A DNA stretch of 64,000 nucleotides, from assembly GCA_013286205.1 (NCBI GenBank), contig JABDGD010000004.1:4293-68292 (forward strand). The letters are read 5' to 3'. The notes beneath the pieces were generated by a model. The model did not search any database, was not told the DNA's origin, and worked only from the letters and a program-made list of their open reading frames with translations. Origin of the DNA: Candidatus Firestoneibacteriota bacterium (GTDB lineage: Bacteria > Oederibacteriota > Muellerivitia > Muellerivitales > Muellerivitaceae). Below, one piece after another: positions 1 to 8,246 of the stretch. Position 1 is the first letter of the stretch, and each line of letters opens with the position of its first letter. The position numbers and the translations under genes were made by a program.

Positions 1-2038
1 TGGCGTTCATATTGGCACCGTCGTAATACAGAAGACCCCCCGCGTCATGAACCAACTTCGCTACTTCTAAAATATGCTCTTCAAATAACCCTAAAGTGCT
101 CGGGTTAGTTAACATCAAAACCGCCGTGTCTTTGCCCAACTTGGCTTTGAGGGCGGCCACATCCATATTGCCCCGCGCGTCGGTGGGAATAGAAACCGTC
201 TTCCAACCCGCCATCGTGGCGGAGGCCGGATTCGTTCCGTGCGCGCTATCCGGCACGATCACGTTCACGCGCTGGTGTTCGCCGCGGTCCGCGAAATATT
301 TTTTGGCCATCAAAAGCGCCGTCAATTCACCGTGAGCGCCCGCCGCCGGCTGAAGCGTCAGCGCGTAGCAGCCTGTAATCTCAGAAAGCCAATGTTCCAG
401 ATCAAACATCACTTGAAGCGCGCCCTGCACTTCGTCCTCACGCTGAGCGGGATGAATGTTCGCCCAGTTATCGGCGAACGCGATTTCTTCATGTACCTTC
501 GGGTTGTACTTCATCGTGCAGGAACCCAGCGGATAAAAACCGTTATCGATGCAGAAATTTTTGCGGGCCAAGGCCGTGTAGTAACGAACCACTTCGACTT
601 CAGCGTGTTCTTTAATGTTGGGCACAGAGCGAACTTTGATCCAGCTGGGCAATTGAGCGGGCTTTTGATGAATCGCGCGCTTAGCTTCTTTGGCCTTCGG
701 GTCGTTGGAAAATTCCGCGCAGGCGGAAACAAAAGATTCCATGTCTTCTAAAGTTGTTAGTTCGGTACAGGCCACCAACACGCAGTCTTTAAATTCAGGA
801 TAGTCTTTAGACAGGTCATAAGGCGCCACCATTCCCCACTCGGCTAGGAAATCCGCGAAACCGGGCGAGGGCGGGCGCACCACAAACTCATTGGCGTAAT
901 TCGAGCTTTCAATTTTGAAACCGGGAATTTTTTTAATTTCTTCAGCGATCGCGTAAGCGGTCGCCGCGCCGTCTTTGGCCACCTGCTGGGCTCCCTTGCC
1001 GCCCTTAAAGTACAGCCAGGCCGAGGCGAAGTTAGCCATCAGGGATTGGGTGGTGCAAACATTGCTGGCCGCTCTTTCGCGGCGGATATGCTGTTCACGG
1101 GCCTGGAAGGTCAGCACCAGTCCTTCTTTACCATTACGGTCAGTCGTCGCGCCCACAATGCGGGCCGGCATCTGGCGGATATCGTCCATCTTCACAGTCA
1201 TAAAGCCGGCATGAGGTCCGCCAAAGGAAAGGATATTGCCGAATGATTGGGCCGACCCGGCGCAAATATCAGCGCCAAGGCTTCCCGGCGAGGGCAACAA
1301 GGCCAAGTCCATCGCTTCCGCCACAGCTACAATCAGGTAGCTGCTCTTCTCTTTGCAAATCTTAGAAATCGCCGCCAGGTCTTCAATGGTTCCAAAGAAG
1401 TTGGGGTATTGCACGATGAGGACTGAATTAGGCCAAAGCTCAGTCTTTAAAAGTTCCAGGTCCGTCTCAGTTCCCTTTAAACCAATCTCACGAATCTGAT
1501 GGCCCAGCGGGTTCAAATAAGTTTGAGTGGTCTGGCGGTATTCAGGGTGGACCGCCTTGGACATATAAACGAAAGATTCGGCTTTCTTCACCCGAAGGCC
1601 CAACAGGGCCGCTTCGGCCACCGCGGTGGCGCCGTCATAAAGCGAGGCGTTCGAGACCTGCATGCCGGTCAGTTCAGTCATGTAGGTTTGGAAATCGAAA
1701 AGCACCTGCAAGGTACCCTGGGAAATTTCAGGCTGGTAAGGGGTGTAAGAGGTTAAAAATTCGGGCCGGGTGACCACCGCTTTCACGGCGGCCGGCAGTT
1801 CGTGGTAATAAATGCCCGCGCCCAAAAAGCAGGGGCGGTCTGAGACCGGCTGGTTGTTCTTGCCGATCATATTAAAGAAGCGCTTCAGTTCGGGCTCCGA
1901 CATGCCCTTGGGCAAGTTGAGACCATTTTTAAGAATCTGTCCTGCCGGAACATCCGCGAAAAGATCGTCGATAGCTTTCAGACCAATGGTCTTGAGCATC
2001 GCCTTTTCATCATCGGCAGTAATAGGAATATAGGCCAA
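1..2038 (-). CDS. gcvP: Glycine dehydrogenase (decarboxylating) P protein, GcvPA-like and GcvPB-like halves in one ORF; 3' end truncated by window edge
   Basis: Manual translation from TTG at 2038: [31 protein letters not shown] (GcvPA-type N-terminus). The same frame continues through [19 protein letters not shown] into [35 protein letters not shown] (GcvPB motif). Absent from the ORF track, consistent with no stop codon before the window edge. Confidence 0.9.
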   Translation of the reverse strand, partial: MAYIPITADDEKAMLKTIGLKAIDDLFADVPAGQILKNGLNLPKGMSEPELKRFFNMIGKNNQPVSDRPCFLGAGIYYHELPAAVKAVVTRPEFLTSYTPYQPEISQGTLQVLFDFQTYMTELTGMQVSNASLYDGATAVAEAALLGLRVKKAESFVYMSKAVHPEYRQTTQTYLNPLGHQIREIGLKGTETDLELLKTELWPNSVLIVQYPNFFGTIEDLAAISKICKEKSSYLIVAVAEAMDLALLPSPGSLGADICAGSAQSFGNILSFGGPHAGFMTVKMDDIRQMPARIVGATTDRNGKEGLVLTFQAREQHIRRERAASNVCTTQSLMANFASAWLYFKGGKGAQQVAKDGAATAYAIAEEIKKIPGFKIESSNYANEFVVRPPSPGFADFLAEWGMVAPYDLSKDYPEFKDCVLVACTELTTLEDMESFVSACAEFSNDPKAKEAKRAIHQKPAQLPSWIKVRSVPNIKEHAEVEVVRYYTALARKNFCIDNGFYPLGSCTMKYNPKVHEEIAFADNWANIHPAQREDEVQGALQVMFDLEHWLSEITGCYALTLQPAAGAHGELTALLMAKKYFADRGEHQRVNVIVPDSAHGTNPASATMAGWKTVSIPTDARGNMDVAALKAKLGKDTAVLMLTNPSTLGLFEEHILEVAKLVHDAGGLLYYDGANMNA

Positions 2039-2050
2039 TCTTCAACTCCG

Positions 2051-2132
2051 TTGAATTATGAATTCTCAATTTTTAATTCTTAATTAACGACTTTAAAAAT
2101 TTAAAATTGAGAATTTAAAATTTAAAATTCCC
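2051..2132. repeat. AT-rich heptamer-periodic inverted repeat element (nnnAATT x5 / AATTnnn x5)
   Basis: ttgaatt atgaatt ctcaatt tttaatt cttaatt ... aatttaa aattgag aatttaa aatttaa aattccc between gcvH and gcvP; related copies at 21698-21870 and 29530-29563. Confidence 0.75.
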
Positions 2133-2144
2133 GAGTCGCTTGCG

Positions 2145-2513
2145 TTAGTGCGCAACGATCGTTTTTAAATAGTCTTCTTCGCTGAGGTACTCACTCAGTG
2201 CGTTCGGGTTATCCAGTTGAACGACAGCGATCCAACCTTTGCCTTCGGGGTCTTCGTTCACCAGGCCGGCTTTATCTTTGAGAGCGGTGTTCACTTCCAC
2301 CACGGTTCCCGCCGGACTATAAGCATCGGCAACCGCCTTCACGGATTCAAGGACACAGAGGCTTTGTTTTTCGGCCAGCTTTTTGCCAACGTCAGGAAGT
2401 TCGATAAAAACCACGTCAGAAAGTTCGTGAGCGGCGTGTTTGGAAATGCCAATGCGGACTTTGCCACCGCCCAGATCGTCGTACCACTCGTGAGTTTTAG
2501 CGAACTTGCGCAT
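2145..2513 (-). CDS. gcvH: Glycine cleavage system H protein
   Basis: KTHEW, GISKHA..ELSDVVFIELP, lipoyl-lysine motif ESVKAV, VNEDPEGKGW; in gcv operon. Confidence 0.95.
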   Translation of the reverse strand: MRKFAKTHEWYDDLGGGKVRIGISKHAAHELSDVVFIELPDVGKKLAEKQSLCVLESVKAVADAYSPAGTVVEVNTALKDKAGLVNEDPEGKGWIAVVQLDNPNALSEYLSEEDYLKTIVAH

Positions 2514-2617
2514 GAAAGCTCCTCAAGAAAATTGAACAGAGAGAAAAATTGAGAAGTGTAGGAAGGGCGTGTGGGAAGCGGGATTGAATATATCAAAAAC
2601 GAGTGGGTTTTCCACTT

Positions 2618-3172
2618 TTATCCGAGAGAAATTTTTTTCATCACCGAGCGGATATAAGATTCTTTACCCTTCGTGTAGGCCTCACGGTTGAGGCGGTAGG
2701 CTTTCGCCAGTTTTCGTTTCAGGCTTTCATATTCCCGGGCTTCCGGCTCGTGGCTTCGTAAATAATCCCGAAAAGCCAGTTCGTTTTTCCAGCGGGGGCC
2801 CTGAAACTCATATATATGAACATGGTGCGTGCGCTTCGGGCCCAGCGGGTCAATGCCCTTAATAAAGAGCATATCTTCCTCATGGGTGCCCCAGTAGTGA
2901 TAACCCATCGCCTTGAGCGGCGCCACCAGCTTGGGCCAAAGCTCAAAGTTTTGAACCGCGACCATGATGTCGATAATGGGCTTGGCCGCCAGGCCGGGAA
3001 TGGAAGTACTGCCAAAATGCTCAATCTTGAGACCTTTGAATTTTTTCAGGGCTTTGGCGAGCGCGGTTTTTTCTTTGAGGAACAGTTTAGGCCAGGCCGG
3101 GTCATACTCGACAATCTCGATCTTGTCTTTATCCGGGTTATATCCGGCTGGAAAAGGGCGGCTGTCAGTCAT
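2618..3172 (-). CDS. GrpB/UPF0157 family nucleotidyltransferase-like protein
   Basis: YDPAWP, IEHFGSTSIPGLAAKPIIDI, RTHHVH, FRDYLR, Y..LK..LA, YTKGK motifs. Confidence 0.9.
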   Translation of the reverse strand: MTDSRPFPAGYNPDKDKIEIVEYDPAWPKLFLKEKTALAKALKKFKGLKIEHFGSTSIPGLAAKPIIDIMVAVQNFELWPKLVAPLKAMGYHYWGTHEEDMLFIKGIDPLGPKRTHHVHIYEFQGPRWKNELAFRDYLRSHEPEAREYESLKRKLAKAYRLNREAYTKGKESYIRSVMKKISLG

Positions 3173-3181
3173 GGAACCCCC

Positions 3182-3700
3182 TTATAAACGATTCTCGCGC
3201 AGCCATAAAACTTGTCCGGTGTGGTGGCGGGCATGCCAAGAATAAATACCCAGGGACTGGGCCAACGACCTGGTTTTGCCGTCCGGTTGAAGAAAGGTTC
3301 GGCGGTATTGGTCATCGCTCATGTCACGCATCAAACGGGCCCAGCGCGCCTGCACTCCGTCAAAGAGGGCCAGGGCCGGCTCTAAGTCGCCGCTTTTGTT
3401 CCCTGGCAATTCTGCCCAAACATTATGGTCATAGGCCTTCAGGGCTGGATTTTCTTCGGTCAGAGCGAACTTGAAGCGCAAATAGCCGTACATATGGCTG
3501 TCCACTAAATGGTTCACAATCTGCCGGATGTTCCAATTTTTATACTTCGTGTCCAATTGCGCGTCGGTCAGACCCTTCAAGGCCTGGCGCATCAAAGCTG
3601 GCGCCGCTTCCACCTGGGCAATCAGTTCATTCTTATTCGCCAGAACAAAAGTTTCATCGGCATTCATGGGCCCAATAGGCTGCTGCGGAGCTTCGGTCAT
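3182..3700 (-). CDS. YfiT/DinB-family metal-dependent hydrolase or thiol transferase
   Basis: QLDTKY..WNIRQIVNHLVDSH, RFKFALTEENP, YSWHARHHTGQ (His triad typical of YfiT). Confidence 0.85.
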   Translation of the reverse strand: MTEAPQQPIGPMNADETFVLANKNELIAQVEAAPALMRQALKGLTDAQLDTKYKNWNIRQIVNHLVDSHMYGYLRFKFALTEENPALKAYDHNVWAELPGNKSGDLEPALALFDGVQARWARLMRDMSDDQYRRTFLQPDGKTRSLAQSLGIYSWHARHHTGQVLWLRENRL

Positions 3701-3701
3701 A

Positions 3702-4787
3702 TTATTTCGCTTTCGTTTTGGTCACATGGCGCACCCAAGGCAGTTTGCCCACCTTGGCCGGAACCGCTTTGCCCCGAATATCGACCGCTAAAGGTTTGTC
3801 TTTGTACTCGGTCTTCACATAAGCCAATGCAATCCCCAGCTTCAGCGTAGGAGAGAAAACGCCGCTGGTCACTTCGCCCACTTCTTGGCCGTCCGACGTG
3901 ACTTTATAGTGGGACCGGGGAATATTTTGCCCCTCCAGCGTAATGCCGATGAGTTTCCGGGCCGGCTGGGTGTTCAGCGCTTCTTTACCAAAGAACCCGC
4001 CTTCTTTATCCATCTTCACCGCCCAACCTAACCCTGCTTCATAGGGTTGGGTTTTGTCGTCAATGTCGTTGCCATGCAAGGGCAAGCCCGCTTCTAAACG
4101 CAAAGAATCGCGCGCGCCTAAGCCGCAAGCCGTTACTTCGGGTTGAGTGGCCAGCAGGTCCCATATCAAGGGAGCGTCTTCCACGTTCACCATGACTTCA
4201 TAACCGTCTTCACCCGTATAACCGGTCGCCATAATGAAGACGCTCTTGCCCTGAATCAGTCCCCGGCCAAAACCGAAGTAAGGAATCTTGTCTAAATCCA
4301 CATCGGTCACCAGCCGTTTCAACACCGCGTCGGCTTTTGGGCCCTGTAAGGCCAAGAGGGCCGTCTTGTCGGATAGCACATCGATGGTCAGGTCTTTGCC
4401 CGAGGCTAAAAACTTCAGGTGCTCCACATCAGTCTCACGGCCGCCCGCGTTGATAATCCACAAGAATTTGTCATTGGCCTCTTTATAGATAATCACGTCG
4501 TCAATAATGCCGCCGGTCTTGTTCAGCAAAAAGCCGTAAAGCGCGTTGCCGATGGAAACTTTGGAAAGGTCGTTGGTAAAAGCGTATTGGGAAAGTTTGT
4601 AAGCCTGTGGACCTGAAATGCGTACCCGGCCCATGTGGGAAATGTTAAACAACCCCGCGCTGGTGCGGGTAGCCTCGTGCTCAAAAAGAATGCCCTTGGC
4701 GTAAGACACCGGCATGTTCCAGCCGTGAAAGTCCACCAGCTTGGCCCCGTGGGCCTGATCCCAGGCTAGACAGAATGTATTTTGCAT
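3702..4787 (-). CDS. gcvT: Glycine cleavage system aminomethyltransferase T
   Basis: DFHGWNMPVSY, EHEATR, SHMG, GGIIDD, TGYTGEDGYE, GLGARDSLRLEAG. Confidence 0.97.
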   Translation of the reverse strand: MQNTFCLAWDQAHGAKLVDFHGWNMPVSYAKGILFEHEATRTSAGLFNISHMGRVRISGPQAYKLSQYAFTNDLSKVSIGNALYGFLLNKTGGIIDDVIIYKEANDKFLWIINAGGRETDVEHLKFLASGKDLTIDVLSDKTALLALQGPKADAVLKRLVTDVDLDKIPYFGFGRGLIQGKSVFIMATGYTGEDGYEVMVNVEDAPLIWDLLATQPEVTACGLGARDSLRLEAGLPLHGNDIDDKTQPYEAGLGWAVKMDKEGGFFGKEALNTQPARKLIGITLEGQNIPRSHYKVTSDGQEVGEVTSGVFSPTLKLGIALAYVKTEYKDKPLAVDIRGKAVPAKVGKLPWVRHVTKTKAK

Positions 4788-4881
4788 GAACTTCCCTTTC
4801 GAACAATGGTGAGGAGGTGCTTAGTTTAGCGGGCGTTATAGTGGATTGCAGGAATTTTTCTAAGGTTCCCATTTGGAACCT

Positions 4882-4908
4882 TAAAGTTTCATCTTTTGCT
4901 GCCGTTAG
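4882..4908 (+). promoter_or_regulatory. Putative sigma28 (FliA-type) promoter
   Basis: TAAAGTTT-N11-GCCGTTAG versus consensus TAAAGTTT-N11-GCCGATAA, ending 7 nt before the ATG of a flagellar-rod-like gene; overlaps inverted repeat TAAGGTTCC-N5-GGAACCTTA (4861-4883). Confidence 0.6.
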
Positions 4909-4915
4909 GGTCATT

Positions 4916-5248
4916 ATGAATAACGCCTCTATCAATGCTATTAATGGCATGCAAACCAACAGCCTTTGGCTAGACCGCACGGGAAGCCAGATCGCCAATA
5001 GTTCTGTGGCTGTTCAGGCCCCGCAAAGTTTCGAGACATTTTTGGGGAATGCTTCTGTGACGGGATTAGATGCTAGCGGCACTTTGAGTCCTGGCCTCGG
5101 CGGCTTTTCCGCTAACAGTCTCAGCGCATTGGATATGGGAATGGGTTCGGAAATTTTAGATTTGATTCTGGCCCAAAGGGGTTTTCAGCTCAACGCCCGG
5201 GCTTTCAATGAGACCAGCAAAGACCTGCTGACTTCGACAAACCTCTAA
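4916..5248 (+). CDS. Minimal flagellar rod/hook-like protein (N- and C-terminal D0-type motifs only), 110 aa
   Basis: N-terminal AINGMQTNSLWLDRTGSQIANS resembles the rod/hook SGL..NIAN motif; C-terminal EILDLILAQRGFQLNARAF resembles E..LI.AQR.FQANAK. Start reassigned from 4817 to ATG 4916. Confidence 0.65.
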   Translation: MNNASINAINGMQTNSLWLDRTGSQIANSSVAVQAPQSFETFLGNASVTGLDASGTLSPGLGGFSANSLSALDMGMGSEILDLILAQRGFQLNARAFNETSKDLLTSTNL

Positions 5249-5254
5249 AGTCTC

Positions 5255-6268
5255 TTATCTTTCCGCGCCCAAAATATATTTTCCCATTTTTTTAGACCCG
5301 ACTTTGCGAATAAGCCCTGCCTTTATTAGCGGTTTAAGTAGGTCCATGGCGCCCTGACGCGATACCCCTACTGCTTTCCAAATTTCGCTGGGCGACATTT
5401 CTCGTCTTTCACGTAAGAGGGTTAAAAGCTTTTCTTGTTTGGGCCGCAATACCATTTTCTCGGGGCCGGCTTTAACCGCTAGATGCTGGGCACGGGCCCA
5501 AACCCTTTCCAATGTTAGATGAAGGGCTTCCGCCGAATATTCCAGCCAACTGGTCAGGTCATTACCTTCTTTGCGCACCAAATCCAAATGCTGGTAATAA
5601 AGCTGTCTTTTTTCCCAATAAACCTCATCAACCGAAAAAATGTGGTGGGTGTCAAACCCCCGCCGATAGAGTTCCCATAGTGCCAGCATTCGGCCCGTTC
5701 GACCATTACCATCGGCGAAAGGATGGATATCCTCAAAACGATAATGAAGAATCGCGGAGCTGATAACCGGAGACAGTTTGGAAGATTTTTGATTCCACCA
5801 TTCCAAAAGCTCACGCATAAGCGGACTGACTTGAGCGGGCGGAGGAGGCAAATGGTTGCCGACTCGGACTTGAATAGTTCGATAACCACCTGTTTTGCCC
5901 TGATCCATAACATCCGCGGCAATGATGTGGTGCAGTTGAAAAACATCTTCGTGATTGAAGATTTTTTTACTTGAGTGTTTTTCTACATGACGCAATGCCG
6001 CGAAATAATTCAAGACTTCGCGTTTGGATCTTTCTGTCGCAGAAGGTAACTTTTGCCCTTCTTCGAGAATTCGAACCTCTTCCAAAGTCAGAGGGTTCCC
6101 TTCAATCGCGGTGGAACTGTAGGTATTACGGGCCCTGGCGTCTTTTTGAAGAGCCGGTATCCAGGGAACCTGTACGGTCGCGGCCATTATCTTTTCACGG
6201 AAGACGGCGATTTCTTCCAAGAGTTGGACAAGATGGTTTGTAACAGTAAATTGGGGTTCGTAAGCCAT
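5255..6268 (-). CDS. Fic family protein with C-terminal winged-HTH
   Basis: HPFADGNGRTGR Fic motif; N-terminal STAIEGN inhibitory-type motif; C-terminal SPSEIWKAVGVSRQGAMDLLKPL HTH. Confidence 0.93.
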   Translation of the reverse strand: MAYEPQFTVTNHLVQLLEEIAVFREKIMAATVQVPWIPALQKDARARNTYSSTAIEGNPLTLEEVRILEEGQKLPSATERSKREVLNYFAALRHVEKHSSKKIFNHEDVFQLHHIIAADVMDQGKTGGYRTIQVRVGNHLPPPPAQVSPLMRELLEWWNQKSSKLSPVISSAILHYRFEDIHPFADGNGRTGRMLALWELYRRGFDTHHIFSVDEVYWEKRQLYYQHLDLVRKEGNDLTSWLEYSAEALHLTLERVWARAQHLAVKAGPEKMVLRPKQEKLLTLLRERREMSPSEIWKAVGVSRQGAMDLLKPLIKAGLIRKVGSKKMGKYILGAER

Positions 6269-6281
6269 GAAATTAGCTTAA

Positions 6282-6316
6282 TTATTAGTCAAGTGTAAGT
6301 CAAGTTATTAGTCAAC
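6282..6316. promoter_or_regulatory. Three direct repeats upstream of fic (probable autoregulatory operator/promoter)
   Basis: ttattagtcaag tgtaagtcaag ttattagtcaac, i.e. TTGACT x3 on the minus strand. Confidence 0.5.
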
Positions 6317-6339
6317 CTGCTTTAGCCAGCCTCAGTACC

Positions 6340-6391
6340 TTGGATATGGGAATGGGTTCGGAGATTCTGGCCCTAGATACCCTCTAAAGTC
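6340..6391 (+). repeat. Deleted duplicate of the 3' end of the 4916-5248 gene
   Basis: ttggatatgggaatgggttcgga identical at 5129-5151 and 6340-6362; gattctggccc at 5164 and 6363; cctctaaagtc at 5242 and 6381. Confidence 0.85.
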
Positions 6392-6436
6392 ACAAATTGT
6401 GACCTTAGACTTTGAAATCACAATTTGTGATTTCAA
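6384..6436. repeat. Two tandem palindromes (AAGTCACAAATTGTGACCTT type)
   Basis: ctaaagtcacaaattgtgaccttag (6384-6408) and perfect ttgaaatcacaa-t-ttgtgatttcaa (6412-6436). Confidence 0.8.
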
Positions 6437-6466
6437 GTTGGAAGACCGAAGGGCGTATAACCTGCC

Positions 6467-6602
6467 CGTCCTGCGCCGAGCCCACCAGGCGAGGTGCGAG
6501 ATTTCACCTGTTGTGAGGCATCAAGCCGAACAACATGACTTGGTTGTACCAACGCGCCATATTAGCGTTGGTAGGTCGCTAAAGTTTCCATGGAAACTTT
6601 AG
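6467..6602. repeat. Dispersed repeat copy A (GCCGAGCCCAC.AGGCGAGG family) plus hairpins
   Basis: cgtcctgcgccgagcccaccaggcgaggtgcgagattt; hairpin TACCAACGC/GCGTTGGTA (6547-6573); perfect 24-bp palindrome ctaaagtttccatggaaactttag (6579-6602). Confidence 0.75.
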
Positions 6603-7139
6603 AAGAACCTCTGAAAAAAAACATACAGCATCACCGTCCAGCCAAACAAAGCCGCTTCAATACTCGTCGCGATCAGCAAGGCCTTGCGGGAGGAACGGTC
6701 GGGCGCGATTAAAACCGCGAGAAAAAAAGTTCCCGCCATCACCGGCGCCGCGAAGATGCGGACGATTCCGAAAAAAAGAAATAAAGGCCCAGGGCATTCG
6801 CATGGGCAGGTCTAACAGTCCAAAAGCTTTCATCGCGACGTTGAGCATATCCAGGAAGGGCCCGGTCAGCGCGAAAAGTACCGCCGCCTTGGATAAAAAG
6901 GACCAAAATTTAAGAGAAGTTCGTGTGAAATAAAGCGCTAACCCGGTGGGTATCAGGGCCATCGCCCCGAACAGAAAGAAGAACATGATGGAATCGCCTT
7001 CGGCCACCATACCGCCAGAAGATTGGCTCCGCATCACCTGGGTCAGGCCCTCATAGATGTCCTCACCCACCCATGCCGCCGCGAAAGCGGCGATGTAACC
7101 CCCGATGACAATGCAAACTTTGAGCAGCGTTGATTTCAT
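6599..7139 (-). pseudogene. Integral membrane protein, frameshifted in a T-run at about 6771-6777 (pseudogene or sequencing error)
   Basis: Hydrophobic ORF turns to junk after FISFF; removing one T gives GIVRIFAAPVMAGTFFLAVLIAPDRSSRKALLIATSIEAALFGWTVMLYVFFQRFF-stop at 6599. Confidence 0.65.
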
Positions 7140-7274
7140 AGGAGTTACCTCGAAGGGATTCTATCGCTGTTTCATAGTCGCGTCAAAAAATGAGCAATGC
7201 TTTCCATTGGTGAGAGGCTTTGTTTCAACAACCCTTTCTTTTAATATCAGAGCATTCCTTTCGAAAGGTCTGCC

Positions 7275-8043
7275 ATGCGATTTGATGTTAAAAACACCCC
7301 TCAGCGAACCATCTATAACCTCATCAACGGCCTCGTGGCTCCCCGGCCTATTGCCCTGGTCACTACCCTCAGCCCAAAAGGTGTTCTGAATGCCGCGCCT
7401 TTTAGTTCATTCAATTACCTTTGCATCAACCCACCCATTTTGGGTTTGGGCGTCGCGGCCAAAAACCCCACCCCCGGCCAAATTGAAATCAAAGACACTG
7501 CCCGCAATATTGAGCAAACCGGCGAGTATGTGGTCAATGTGGTAACAGAGGATATCGCGCAAAAGATGAACATCTGCGGCGTGGATTTTCCCTCGGAAAT
7601 CAGCGAACCCGAAATGGCAGGCTTCACCACCGAACCTTCGTTAGTCGTCAAAGTCCCCCCGCCTCAAAGAATCCCACGCCGCTTTCGAGTGCAAGCTCTA
7701 TGACACCCTCAAGCCCGGCACCGCTGGTTCGCGCATTATTTTGGGAGAAGTGGTTGCGGTTTATGTCGATGACCAATATTTAGAAATCCCGACGGAAAAA
7801 GATGTACCTGTGCCGAGCCCACAAGGCGAGGCGCAAGCTTTGGTTACACCCGATCATCCCCAAAAAAGATCGGGTGGCCCTTATGTGAAAGCCGAAGATC
7901 TACATTCCATTGGCCGCATGAATGGGTTGAGCAAGTATGTTCATACGAGAGACGCGTTTTTTGACATGAAGCGGATGAATTATGAGGAATGGCGGAGGTC
8001 GGCAAACGACCGTCCTGCGCCGAGCCCACAAGCCCCTATGTAA
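7275..8043 (+). pseudogene. Flavin reductase family protein (DIM6/NTAB-like), frameshifted at a C6 run (7655-7660), with an in-frame repeat insertion
   Basis: APRPIALVTT, NAAPFS, KDTARNIEQTGEYVVN. Removing one C gives VPRLKESHAAFECKLY...ILGEVVAVYVDD, joining the 7741-8043 ORF (IGRMNG). Confidence 0.85.
7804..7876. repeat. Dispersed repeat copy B inside the flavin reductase CDS
   Basis: gtacctgtgccgagcccacaaggcgaggcgcaagctttggtta followed by hairpin CACCCGATC/GATCGGGTG. Confidence 0.8.
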
Positions 8044-8146
8044 AGCCGACAAGGCGAGACATAAGCTTTGGTGTACCCAATTGCCTATAAAACAATTGGG
8101 TGGCGAGGTGTAAGATTTGGCCGCTACCGTTCCATTGGAACGGTAG
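8011..8146. repeat. Dispersed repeat copies C1/C2
   Basis: cgtcctgcgccgagcccacaag...aaggcgagacataagctttggtgt + ACCCAATTG/CAATTGGGT hairpin, then ggcgaggtgtaagatttgg + CTACCGTTCCA/TGGAACGGTAG hairpin. Confidence 0.8.
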
Positions 8147-8246
8147 AACGGAAGGATCATCAAAAAACTGATAACGGATAATGGTAACTGCTACAAGTTG
8201 CGGGTGACCCCTATATTTGAACACTCGAAAGACTTATGATTTACAA

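Noticed and set aside
96-2033. Many short ORFs over the gcvP region, and similar shadow ORFs throughout the ORF track
   Set aside because: Antisense or out-of-frame shadows of well-supported genes, with no motifs of their own.
4788-4900. Glycine riboswitch upstream of gcvT
   Set aside because: No GGAGA/CCGAAG/CTYTCAGG aptamer elements visible; the short gap is occupied by divergent promoters.
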